60,741 bases of DNA from a virus (taxonomy: Duplodnaviria; Caudoviricetes). The stretch lies in the IMG/VR virus record IMGVR_UViG_3300031576_000045, positions 1 through 60,741 of that record, one strand, 5' to 3'. Below the pieces are notes generated by a model. It ran no database searches and had not been told where the DNA came from. It was given only the letters and a program-made list of their open reading frames with translations. Positions 1-8,365 of this stretch are shown here, in pieces. The translations under genes and the position numbers were made by a program. How positions within the stretch are numbered: the stretch's first letter is position 1; each line of letters begins with the position of its first letter.

Positions 1-107
1 TGGGCGCTCGGCGCGAAGATGGGCGACCGGAAGGCCATCACGATCGGCGACGTCATCGACGTGCTCGGGCAGTTCGCCGGCACGCTGGATCGCCGGGTCG
101 ACGCGCG
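1..107 (+). repeat. Exact copy of 56517-56623 (left anchor of variable cassette)
   Basis: Base-by-base identity up to first mismatch at 108, then progressive divergence. Confidence 0.95.
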
Positions 108-207
108 TCCGGTCGAGGTCATGCTGGGGCGCCTGCTCGTCGACGGCTGGAAGGAGTTCAAGTCGGTCGGGATCGACGGCGAGACGGAAGACGGGGAGGA
201 GGCGTAG
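1..207 (+). CDS. 3' end of DUF932-like protein (variant of 55347-56723), partial
   Basis: MGDRKAITIGDVIDVLGQFAGTLDRRVDARPVEVMLGRLLVDGWKEF identical to the C-terminus of 55347-56723; different last residues. Confidence 0.9.
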   Translation, partial: WALGAKMGDRKAITIGDVIDVLGQFAGTLDRRVDARPVEVMLGRLLVDGWKEFKSVGIDGETEDGEEA

Positions 208-209
208 TC

Positions 210-530
210 GTGGCGACCGTCACGATCACGCTGAAGTTCGTCGGCGCGGATCACTCCCGCGCCGTCGACGTCGTCGGGCACATGCTCGACGTCGGCACTC
301 TGCAGGACGCGATCTCCGAGGCGGCGCGCGATCTCGGGTACGCGACATCGATCGAGTCGACGACCGCCGATGCCGCCGACGTCGCTGGCCTGGCGATCTC
401 CGCAGTTCTCGATGCCGCGCTGTTCCTCGCCGAGATGAGTCACGCGCCGCACATGCGCCGCGAGCACGGCGCCCGGATCGAACGGTATAGCGAGCAGCTG
501 CTGAAGTTCCTGAAGGAGATCGGGCGATGA
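210..530 (+). CDS. hypothetical protein
   Basis: GGAGG upstream, GC3-biased codons, ATGA overlap with next gene. Confidence 0.75.
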   Translation: MATVTITLKFVGADHSRAVDVVGHMLDVGTLQDAISEAARDLGYATSIESTTADAADVAGLAISAVLDAALFLAEMSHAPHMRREHGARIERYSEQLLKFLKEIGR

Positions 531-1486
531 CGTTCCCGCGAACCTACTGGGGCACGCGCACGCCGGCCGGGTGCGAAGTACGCGTGACCGGCGACGGTCC
601 CGAGTACTTGCTGCCGACGTACTCGAACGTGCGCGACCACTCGCACGACTTCGAGTGGGGCTACAACGGATCGGGCCCGGCGCAGCTCGCGCTCGCGCTA
701 CTCTCCGATGCGTTCGGCGACGAGTCGGAGATCCCCGCGCGGTACTACCAGCGGTTCAAGGCCGACGTCGTCGCTGGCCTCGACCGCGCGTCGTGGGTCC
801 TGCAGCAGCGCACCGTGCTCGACCACGGGAACAGCTACCACCTAGAGCAGATCGAGCAGATCGACTCGACCGCGACCAAGCGCGCCGACTCTCTTCGGAA
901 GGCGCGCGCCGCACGCCGCGACCGGGCCGAACGCCGGAAGAAGCTCCGCGAGGAGCTCGTCTACTGCATCGCACCGCACGGCGAGCCACTCGACGGCACG
1001 TACTACACGCTCCACGCGCTGCACGGCGGGACGAAGAAGTATTCGCACCTCGTGACGACCGCGGGCGCGGTGAACCCGAAGCTGAAGAAGAAGATCTGCG
1101 ACGACTGCCGCGCGGTGCTGCTTGCGTGGAAGACGTTCGGACCCAACAAGCCGCTGACGTATCGCCGGCTGAACACGTGGCACACGGAGGAGTCGATCAT
1201 GGAAGCGGAGACGAAGACGCGGCGCGAGGTGGTGCTGGAGAAGGCGATCGGCGTCCTGAACAAGCCCACGACCCGATGCGAGAAGAAGTCGATCGCCATG
1301 GACTTCCTGATCGGCCTGCTGGCCGACGAGACCGCGCGGCGGAAGGGGCGGGCCGACGTCGTCTCGACGGTGATCGACGGCGCACGGTACGTCACCGACC
1401 ACGTCAAGGCGCGGAAGGCACTGCACCTGGAGCTGGTGAAGCTAGGACTCCCGCCCGAGGTGATCGCGGTCTTGACTGGCGCGTGA
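527..1486 (+). CDS. DUF6166-domain protein fused to a C-terminal domain homologous to 56723-56971
   Basis: HSHDFEWGYNGSGPAQLALALL motif; C-terminal AETKTRREV...RKALHLELVKLGLP. Confidence 0.75.
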   Translation: MTFPRTYWGTRTPAGCEVRVTGDGPEYLLPTYSNVRDHSHDFEWGYNGSGPAQLALALLSDAFGDESEIPARYYQRFKADVVAGLDRASWVLQQRTVLDHGNSYHLEQIEQIDSTATKRADSLRKARAARRDRAERRKKLREELVYCIAPHGEPLDGTYYTLHALHGGTKKYSHLVTTAGAVNPKLKKKICDDCRAVLLAWKTFGPNKPLTYRRLNTWHTEESIMEAETKTRREVVLEKAIGVLNKPTTRCEKKSIAMDFLIGLLADETARRKGRADVVSTVIDGARYVTDHVKARKALHLELVKLGLPPEVIAVLTGA

Positions 1487-1564
1487 GTGCGCCGGGTCGG
1501 GACGCGGATCCGTACCGCGTCCTGCGCCCGCTTCACTCACTCGAAGCACAACGGGAGAACGACG

Positions 1565-2524
1565 ATGACGAACGAGAAGACGAAGGCAGTCGCCGCGGTC
1601 GTGGCGCACCTCGAGAAGCAGTACGGCAAGGGCATCATCCAGCAGCTGGGCACGCCGTCTGAGCAGCAGGTGGCGGTGATCCCGACCGGCAGCGTCGGAC
1701 TCGACCGCGCGCTCGGGTGCGGCGGGTGGCCGCGCGGCCGGGTCGTGGAGATCTTCGGGCCGCAGGCGGGCGGGAAGACGACGCTCGCGCTCCACGCGGT
1801 CGCGCAGTGCCAGGCGCTCGGCGGCGTCGCCTCGTTCATCGACGCTGACCATGAGCTAGACATGGCGTACGCGCGCCGCGTCGGCGTGCGCGTCGAAGAC
1901 CTGCTCGTCTCGCAACCCGACACGGGCGATCAGTCGCTCGACGTCTGCGAGAGCCTCGTGCGGTCTGGCGCGATCGACCTGATCGTCGTCGACTCCGTGC
2001 AGTCGCTCGTGCCGCGATCGGAACTCGAAGGTGACGAGACGGTCGAAGGCATTCACGCACGTCTCATGTCGCAGGCACTGCGGAAGCTGACCGCCGCGAC
2101 GTCGCGGTCTGGCACGGTGATCATCTTCCTGAACGCGCGCACGCCCGGAGAGCAGATGACGGGGGGCAACTCGCTGAAGTTCTACTCGTCGGTGCGCGTG
2201 GAGCTCGGCCGCGTCGGCAACCTGAAGGACGGCGACGCGGTTGTCGGGTCGCGCGTCGGCCTCAAGGTCGTGAAGAACAAATGCGCGCCGCCGTTCGCGG
2301 TCGCCACGTTCGATCTCACGTATGACCGCGGCGTGCACCGCGAGGCCGAAGTGATCGATCTCGGCGTCGACTGCGGCCTGATCGAGAAGACCGGGTCGCA
2401 CTACGTGCTCGCCGGTGAGCGCATCGGGCAGGGGCGGGAGCGCGCGATCGAGTGGCTACGCGAGCGGCCGGCAGTGACCGAGGAGCTGGCGCAGAAGATT
2501 CTCGCGACCCCGGTGAAGCCGTGA
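1565..2524 (+). CDS. recA: RecA-like protein, divergent at catalytic and DNA-binding positions
   Basis: GRVVEIFGPQAGGKTT (Walker A), LIVVDSV (Walker B), ARLMSQALRKL, GGNSLKFYSSVR, VVKNKCAPPF, IGQGRE; start after GGGAGAACGACG motif. Confidence 0.95.
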   Translation: MTNEKTKAVAAVVAHLEKQYGKGIIQQLGTPSEQQVAVIPTGSVGLDRALGCGGWPRGRVVEIFGPQAGGKTTLALHAVAQCQALGGVASFIDADHELDMAYARRVGVRVEDLLVSQPDTGDQSLDVCESLVRSGAIDLIVVDSVQSLVPRSELEGDETVEGIHARLMSQALRKLTAATSRSGTVIIFLNARTPGEQMTGGNSLKFYSSVRVELGRVGNLKDGDAVVGSRVGLKVVKNKCAPPFAVATFDLTYDRGVHREAEVIDLGVDCGLIEKTGSHYVLAGERIGQGRERAIEWLRERPAVTEELAQKILATPVKP

Positions 2525-2913
2525 CCTACGCCGACTGGATCGCCGCGTTCGTCGCGCGGCACCGCGGGTTCGTCCGCGGCAAGTGCGACGCCGCGACGAC
2601 GGAGATGGTCGCCGCGTTCCCCGAGCTGCGCCGCGCCGCTGGGTTTGCTCACGTCTCGTGGGGTCGCGATCAACACTGGTGGTGCGTCGCGCCCGACGGC
2701 CTGATCGTCGACCCGACCGCGGCGCAGTTCGGCCCGGCCGGCACGCCGATCTGGTACGAAGAACTCGACTTGAACGACCCGGCGACGCGGGCCCGCGTGC
2801 CGACGGGGAAGTGCATGGACTGCGGCGGCGAGGTCTACGGCAGCGCGACGTTCTGCAGCGACGCCTGCGAGAAGGCGACGCGCGAGTACCACGCGGGGGT
2901 TTCGCTCCGATGA
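2521..2913 (+). CDS. Papain/transglutaminase-like protein (Cys-His-Asp) with C-terminal Zn ribbon
   Basis: GKC...HWWC...IVDPTAAQF triad pattern; CMDC...CSDAC. Confidence 0.55.
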   Translation: MTYADWIAAFVARHRGFVRGKCDAATTEMVAAFPELRRAAGFAHVSWGRDQHWWCVAPDGLIVDPTAAQFGPAGTPIWYEELDLNDPATRARVPTGKCMDCGGEVYGSATFCSDACEKATREYHAGVSLR

Positions 2914-3185
2914 AGAACTACGACGCGATTATCGTGCGGAAGCACGGCGTGCGCATCAAGGCGGGCACGGCGCGAGAGAACCGCGACGGGTCGGTCGAGA
3001 TCCACCTCGACGTGCTGCCGGTCGAGGGCGTGCTGAAGCTAGAGGTTCGCGACGCGACCCCGCCGAAGACATGGCACGTCGGCGACGATGTGTGCCCGTA
3101 CTGCGGCGCGATCGGCTGCAAGCTGCGCGCGGCCGAGACTCCGCACGGCACGGCGCTGCACGAGAAGCAGAAGGGAGGCAGGTAG
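2910..3185 (+). CDS. small beta-rich protein with Zn ribbon
   Basis: KAGTARENRDGSVEIHLDVLP; CPYC; ATGA overlap. Confidence 0.65.
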   Translation: MKNYDAIIVRKHGVRIKAGTARENRDGSVEIHLDVLPVEGVLKLEVRDATPPKTWHVGDDVCPYCGAIGCKLRAAETPHGTALHEKQKGGR

Positions 3186-3187
3186 TC

Positions 3188-3721
3188 ATGGGCTACGTCA
3201 TCGCGTACGTGAAGCCGAAGAACGGCGACCTGTCGGTCGCTCCGATCGGCTGGGCGACCCGGCGCGCGGCGCTCGGCGACTCGTCGATCGTCGGCCGCGG
3301 GTGGCCGGACTTCGAGGCGATGCTCGCGAAGATCGGCTTCGAGGTGAAACTCGGTGCCGTGCTGCCGAACGCGAAGGACTGGCCGTACACGTGCGTCGCG
3401 TACACGTCGCGCCGCAAAGATGGGCAGGCCGCAGTGGTTCGTCGATCTACCGTTTCCCGTGCCGTCGAAAAGGAGAACACACATGAGCAGGTCGCTGAAG
3501 CCGTTGTCGGTCGAACAGATGCACGATCAGCGGACGCGGACGACGGTCGAGATCATGTTCGACAGGAACGACAAGGTCTTCTTCGGCGTCGTCGAGCACG
3601 CTCGGATCTCGGCGCCGGCGATCGGCGAGCTGCGCGACGCGGTGAAGGCCGCACTCGCGAAGTTGCAGAAGGTCGCATGGTCGCGCGTGATCGAGCTCAG
3701 CGTCTCGAAGTCGGACCATAA
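3188..3721 (+). CDS. hypothetical protein (3' end uncertain, overlaps next gene)
   Basis: GGAGG RBS then ATG; coding-like codon usage over first ~80 codons. Confidence 0.5.
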   Translation: MGYVIAYVKPKNGDLSVAPIGWATRRAALGDSSIVGRGWPDFEAMLAKIGFEVKLGAVLPNAKDWPYTCVAYTSRRKDGQAAVVRRSTVSRAVEKENTHEQVAEAVVGRTDARSADADDGRDHVRQERQGLLRRRRARSDLGAGDRRAARRGEGRTREVAEGRMVARDRAQRLEVGP

Positions 3722-4139
3722 CAAGTGGGGGCAATCGGGGCACATCGCACGCCTGCAGGTTGAGCTCGACGTCTCGTTCTCGCGGTTCGAGGTCGGGAAG
3801 ACGTCGGCCGGCCTGTACCTCAAGCGCCCGTTCACCGAAGACCTTCACGACTCGTGGCGCGACTCCGTCGAGAACGACCCGCTGCGGTACTCGAGCACCG
3901 ACTTCGACGGCAACCCAAAGAAGGGCGACAAGGTGAACCGCATCCCGTACTCCGAGGCGACGTGGGTCGCGCTGAACGGCGTGAAAACCGCGATCGAGGC
4001 GGCGTATGAGAAGCTCGAACCGCTGTTCGACGCCAAGGACGGCGGGAAGAAGCTGCTCGCGTTGACCGACGTCCGGCTGCTGCCGGCGTCGACCGACGTC
4101 GTCGACGCGGTGCCGGCGAAGAAGGGAGCGCGCCGATGA
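3483..4139 (+). CDS. hypothetical protein
   Basis: AGGAGAACACACATG start; strong codon bias. Confidence 0.8.
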   Translation: MSRSLKPLSVEQMHDQRTRTTVEIMFDRNDKVFFGVVEHARISAPAIGELRDAVKAALAKLQKVAWSRVIELSVSKSDHNKWGQSGHIARLQVELDVSFSRFEVGKTSAGLYLKRPFTEDLHDSWRDSVENDPLRYSSTDFDGNPKKGDKVNRIPYSEATWVALNGVKTAIEAAYEKLEPLFDAKDGGKKLLALTDVRLLPASTDVVDAVPAKKGARR

Positions 4140-4843
4140 CGAAGACGAACGTCGACGAGATCCTGAAGGTCAAGGTCATGTCGCCTCCGTTCCGGTGCCC
4201 GTGCGGCTTCGAGCGCGCGGCGACGTCGCCGCTCGGGGCGATGACTCCGCACGAGCCGATCAGCTCGGACACCCGTGAGCAGTGTCCGAAGTGCGGCCGG
4301 TACCTCACCCGAGAGGAGTCACGGGCTAAGACCGGCACGTGCTCGTGCGAGAAGTGCCGGCAGCTCTGCAACGGGCGCCCCGGTCTCTTCGCGCCGACAG
4401 AGGTCGAGCCGGCCGCGGCCGAGTTCGGGCTGACGTTGGAGGAGTTCTTCGAGCGGCACCTGACGATCAACTGGTGGACGGACGATCCCGACGCCGGAGA
4501 CCTGGACGGGTGGGATCACGTCTGCCCGGGCTGGAACCCGAACGTGATCATGGAGCCGTTCCTGCCGCCGAGACCGCGGCCGTACTCCGGACCGTCGACC
4601 GTCGGCCGGCGCTGCACGAACGATGAGGGCCGCACGAAGGGGCCGTGCTCTCTGCTCGGGCCCGACGGGTGCCGGTTGTCGTTCGACCGACGCCCCGAGG
4701 AGTGCCGGCGCGCGTACGGGTGCAACCCCGACCCGGCATCGCGCGGCCTGGCGCTGCACGGCGACGTCGCGAAGAAGTGGAAGACGCCCGAGGGTCTCGC
4801 GTTGCTGGCTCGACTCGCGAAGTACAACGTGCAGGAGGACTGA
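4136..4843 (+). CDS. YkgJ-like Cys-cluster (putative Fe-S/Zn) protein
   Basis: CSCEKCRQLC...CSLLGPDGCRLSFDRRPEEC pattern. Confidence 0.65.
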   Translation: MTKTNVDEILKVKVMSPPFRCPCGFERAATSPLGAMTPHEPISSDTREQCPKCGRYLTREESRAKTGTCSCEKCRQLCNGRPGLFAPTEVEPAAAEFGLTLEEFFERHLTINWWTDDPDAGDLDGWDHVCPGWNPNVIMEPFLPPRPRPYSGPSTVGRRCTNDEGRTKGPCSLLGPDGCRLSFDRRPEECRRAYGCNPDPASRGLALHGDVAKKWKTPEGLALLARLAKYNVQED

Positions 4844-4845
4844 CC

Positions 4846-5427
4846 ATGGCGAAGAACAAGCGGAAGAAGCGCGGCTCGTCGTGGCGGGCGTCGAACGACC
4901 ACCACACGAAGCACCGGAAGAAGCTCGACGAGACCCCGGTGAAGCCAGGGGATCACGCCTTCATCGTCGCGCCGTCGTCCGCGGCGCGGCCGATGATCGA
5001 GCCTCTCAAGCGCGTCGTCGCAGTCGATCCTGCTTGGCCGGGTGGCGACGAGTCGGTGACCGCCATCATCGAAGACGGGAAGATCGTCGAGCTGTCCGCG
5101 TCCGACGCGCTGCGCGCGATGCCGCCGACGTCGCCGCCGTGGAACACGCGATACCTCGAGTACGCACGAGCGCACGGGACGTCGTCGCCGACGGCGATGC
5201 TGGCGCGGGATGAGCAGAAGTACCCAGGCGGCCGCATGGCCGGGTTCATCCTGTGGATCGGCCGGCGCTGGGAAGACTGGCGATGGAAGAACGGGCGCAA
5301 CGCGAACGACCCGCTGACGCAGGCCGATCAGGACTCGTTCGACGCGTGGCTGAAGGACTTCGTCGACGCCGTCGACCCGAACAAGATCGTCGCTCCGCCG
5401 CCGCCGAAGATCGCGGGGCCGTCATGA
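4846..5427 (+). CDS. hypothetical protein, C-terminal domain shared with 59242-59712
   Basis: PWNTRYLEYAR...PGGRMAGFILWIG...FDAWLK. Confidence 0.8.
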   Translation: MAKNKRKKRGSSWRASNDHHTKHRKKLDETPVKPGDHAFIVAPSSAARPMIEPLKRVVAVDPAWPGGDESVTAIIEDGKIVELSASDALRAMPPTSPPWNTRYLEYARAHGTSSPTAMLARDEQKYPGGRMAGFILWIGRRWEDWRWKNGRNANDPLTQADQDSFDAWLKDFVDAVDPNKIVAPPPPKIAGPS

Positions 5428-5654
5428 ACGTCTGGGTCAGCAGGTACCGGAACCGCAGCACCCGAACGACCATCCTTCACGCGTTCGGAGAGGTCGACGC
5501 CGGCCCGGCGCAGGAGTTCAGCTTCTGCGGTCGGGTCGCCGTCGTGAAAACCGAGCGCACCAAGGGCGAGACGTACCCGGCCGCGAAGTTCGGCTCCAGC
5601 GTCGACCACTGCATCAGCTGCGAGCGCACGGTGCGCCGTCGGGGGCTGCGGTGA
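5424..5654 (+). CDS. small Zn-binding protein (counterpart of 59960-60225)
   Basis: HAFG..FCG..HCISCERTVRRRGLR. Confidence 0.75.
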   Translation: MNVWVSRYRNRSTRTTILHAFGEVDAGPAQEFSFCGRVAVVKTERTKGETYPAAKFGSSVDHCISCERTVRRRGLR

Positions 5655-6037
5655 AGCCCGGCGAGCTGCACAAGGTGCACGCGGCGCACGACCGCAAGGC
5701 GAAGTCCCTGCGCGTCGACGTCGGCGACGTCGCGTGGCGCGGCGAGTCCGGCGCGCACGCCGTCAAGGCCGCCATGGCGCTACGTCTCGCGGTCTGCTGG
5801 AACGTCTGCGAGGGCATCCAGACCGACAAGCTCGAGGCCGGCGTGCTGCTGGACTACTACGTCGCGGTCGACCGACTGATCGCCGCCGTCGACGAGCCGC
5901 AAGGTCGACTCTTCCACAGCGCGGAGAAGGTGCTTGAGCTGATGCGCCTCGCGGCGCGGGTGAAGGAAGCGCAGCGACGGATCGGCGTCGAGCACTTCGA
6001 GTGCCTCGCGTGCGACGCGAAGAAGGAGACCGCGTGA
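5651..6037 (+). CDS. hypothetical protein (125/128 aa identical to 60222-60608)
   Basis: Direct comparison of the two translations. Confidence 0.85.
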   Translation: MKPGELHKVHAAHDRKAKSLRVDVGDVAWRGESGAHAVKAAMALRLAVCWNVCEGIQTDKLEAGVLLDYYVAVDRLIAAVDEPQGRLFHSAEKVLELMRLAARVKEAQRRIGVEHFECLACDAKKETA

Positions 6038-6288
6038 AACCCGTCGGGGTCCGAACCGAGGTCGACGGGAAGATCGTCGTCGAGTGGCACGCGCCGCCGA
6101 TCGGCGGGCCCGATTACCACACACTGTGTTGCGTCGACGCCGACGACCCGGTGACCGGGACGCACGGGACCGTCGATCCGAGGAAGGCCCAGAAGATCAC
6201 CTGCGCTCAGTGCCATCGCGTGTGGTCGGGCGTGCTGGGGCTGCACCTGAAGCCGGAGGACTTCGACCACAAGGTCGTGTTGCGGTAG
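6034..6288 (+). CDS. small Zn-binding protein (counterpart of 59709-59963)
   Basis: VKPVGVRTEVDGKIVVEWH...HTLC...ITCAQC. Confidence 0.8.
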   Translation: MKPVGVRTEVDGKIVVEWHAPPIGGPDYHTLCCVDADDPVTGTHGTVDPRKAQKITCAQCHRVWSGVLGLHLKPEDFDHKVVLR

Positions 6289-6310
6289 GACTGGAGACGG
6301 GAGAACGACG

Positions 6311-6517
6311 ATGAAGAGAGACGACCTGACCGCGCTGCGCAACGGGCTGCTGCGCATGCACTACGAGCCGCCGACCAGCGGGTTGACGAAGTGGACGCTG
6401 CAGCTCATCCGCGACCTGGAGGGAGAAGTCAGAATCCACTGGGAGAAGTCGAAGGGCGCCTACGACCGCGGGTTCACCGAGGGCCGCGCCTTCGCGAGAA
6501 AGCCGGCCCGTCGATGA
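6311..6517 (+). CDS. hypothetical protein
   Basis: Preceded by GGGAGAACGACG motif. Confidence 0.8.
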   Translation: MKRDDLTALRNGLLRMHYEPPTSGLTKWTLQLIRDLEGEVRIHWEKSKGAYDRGFTEGRAFARKPARR

Positions 6518-7149
6518 GCCTGCAGCCGAAGCCGATCATCATGTCGACGCCGATGGTGCTGTCGCTGAACGACGACGCGAAGACGCAGACCCGGCGCACG
6601 TCTGGCCTGGAAGGGTTCTCGCGCGCGGCCGTCGTCGCCGGGTATGAGACTAAGGGCCGCGACTTCTTCGCGCGGATCACGCAGCCAGACCGACGCGGGG
6701 ACCCGTGGGAGGCGATGGTCAAGTGCCGTTACGGCGGACCGGGCGGGCAGCTCTACGTACGCGAGGGCGTGCGGCGGAAGCCGGCCGACCCGAATGATCG
6801 CGGCTGCTGCGCCGAGTACATCGCCGACCGGGCGCCCGCGCCGTGCGACACGTGGGGCTGGAAGAACCCGGCGCTGCCAGCGATCCACATGCCCTCGGGC
6901 ATGTGCCGGCACCGGTTGGAGCTGATCGAGATCAGAATCGAGCGCGTGCAGTCGATCTCCGAGTCCGACGCGCGCGCCGAGGGAATCCGCTCCAGCGGGC
7001 CGGGCGTGTTCTTCTGGCCTGGCGCAGACCGGAACTACGCGACGGCGGTCGCCGCGTACATGCACGGGTGGGTCTGGCTCAACGGTCAAGGCTCGTGGGA
7101 CCTGAACCCGCTCGTCTGGGTCCTCTCGTTCAAGCAGGTGTTGCGGTGA
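6514..7149 (+). CDS. phage ASCH/PUA-like protein
   Basis: PMV...KTQTRR, LYVRE, PAIHMP, IERVQSISESDARAEG, SWDLNPLVWVLSF. Confidence 0.85.
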   Translation: MSLQPKPIIMSTPMVLSLNDDAKTQTRRTSGLEGFSRAAVVAGYETKGRDFFARITQPDRRGDPWEAMVKCRYGGPGGQLYVREGVRRKPADPNDRGCCAEYIADRAPAPCDTWGWKNPALPAIHMPSGMCRHRLELIEIRIERVQSISESDARAEGIRSSGPGVFFWPGADRNYATAVAAYMHGWVWLNGQGSWDLNPLVWVLSFKQVLR

Positions 7150-7680
7150 CGGAGACCGAGGTCATTCGCATGCTGCGCGAGGCGCTGATCGAGGTCTCGC
7201 GCGTCGAGCAGCGAGACGTACGGAACGACAAGCCGTGGACGATCCACGACGGCGACAGCTACGCCGACCTGGTGCGCTCAGAGGAATCGCGCAAGGCACT
7301 GGAACGCGGCCGTCGACGCGATCGCGGAGTCGGCCAAACCGGCGACGTCCGAGCTGGCCGACAAGCTCCACCTGACGAACGTGGTCCTCGATGAGCTCAT
7401 GCGCACCGGCGCCGTCGAGGTCAGCAAGCTCGCGCGCACGATCGCGGCGAAGATCCGTCACCCGAACGTCGACCTCTACGCGTTCTTCCGGTCCGGAGAG
7501 CCGATCCCGATCGTGCTGCAGTCGCCGAACGTCGTCTCGCTCGCCCACGTGGTGAGCATGGAGACTCAGCTAAACGTCAGCGGCATGATGGTGCGAATCG
7601 AGCTCCGTGTCTTCGATCGAGACCTGCGCGAGGCGACCTCGGGCTTGATCGGCCCGCCAGAGACCGGGGATCAGAGATGA
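7146..7680 (+). pseudogene. hypothetical gene with apparent frameshift near 7295
   Basis: Coding-like frame VTETEVIRML... switches to WNAAVDAIAESAK..., continuous with ORF 7381-7680. Confidence 0.5.
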
Positions 7681-7837
7681 GCCCGCTGACCCGAATCACC
7701 CAAGCCGCGGTCGAGGTCGACGTTCGGGACGGCGACTTCATGGCGCTTCAGGAACACATGCGCATGTGCCGCCACTGCCGGGCGCTGCTCGACCGCGGCT
7801 CGACTCGTGGAGCAGTTCATGCGCAAGGGAGACTCGT

Positions 7838-8365
7838 ATGCCGATGTTCGGAACGACGCTGTACGACGAGACCGGAAGGCCGATGGGGATCGCCTGCCAC
7901 CGGGGGCGTAGGAGCGCCGGCCGCTGCAGCGTCTGCGCGGTGCCGCGCTCGGAGCTGGAGTGCGACGGCTGCGACAAGGCGCTATGCAAGACGTGCGCTG
8001 TATCGCCGCGCGCCGGTCTCGACTTCTGCCAGACGTGCTTCGACCCGGCGTGGAAGCGCTGGCTCGGGATGCAGCCGAGCTCGGCCGCGGCCATGTCGCG
8101 CGAGAGGCGGCGCGCCGAGTTCCGCGCGTGGGCCCGGAAGGCGTGCGACGTCTTCCTCTCGCTGGTGAAGCTCAGCCCGACGTCGGAGGCGGACGCGCGG
8201 TCGAAACGGGCGATGGGGTTGGGCCTGTCTCCGCACGCGCTGTGGAAGCAGGCGGGCGGCGTCATCGTCGACGGCGTCGTCACGGTCGAGGCCGACCGAC
8301 AGAAGTACACCGCGCTGCTGGTCGAGCATGGGTTCCTCGTACCGAAGAAGGAGACCACGCCGTGA
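7838..8365 (+). CDS. Cys-rich Zn-finger protein
   Basis: CSVC...CDGCDKALCKTC...DFCQTC. Confidence 0.75.
   Translation: MPMFGTTLYDETGRPMGIACHRGRRSAGRCSVCAVPRSELECDGCDKALCKTCAVSPRAGLDFCQTCFDPAWKRWLGMQPSSAAAMSRERRRAEFRAWARKACDVFLSLVKLSPTSEADARSKRAMGLGLSPHALWKQAGGVIVDGVVTVEADRQKYTALLVEHGFLVPKKETTP

Noticed and set aside
5600-6030. Diversity-generating retroelement TR/VR pair with 60170-60600
   Set aside because: Differences are mostly synonymous and not adenine-specific; no reverse transcriptase seen
1-6421. True long direct terminal repeats
   Set aside because: Only the 107-bp and 127-bp anchors are identical; interiors differ in gene content and order, unlike replication-generated terminal repeats
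7215-7860. Peptide words DVRND and GDSYAD occurring twice
   Set aside because: Second occurrence is largely an off-frame reading of the 7838 gene start; nucleotide match is short; treated as coincidence
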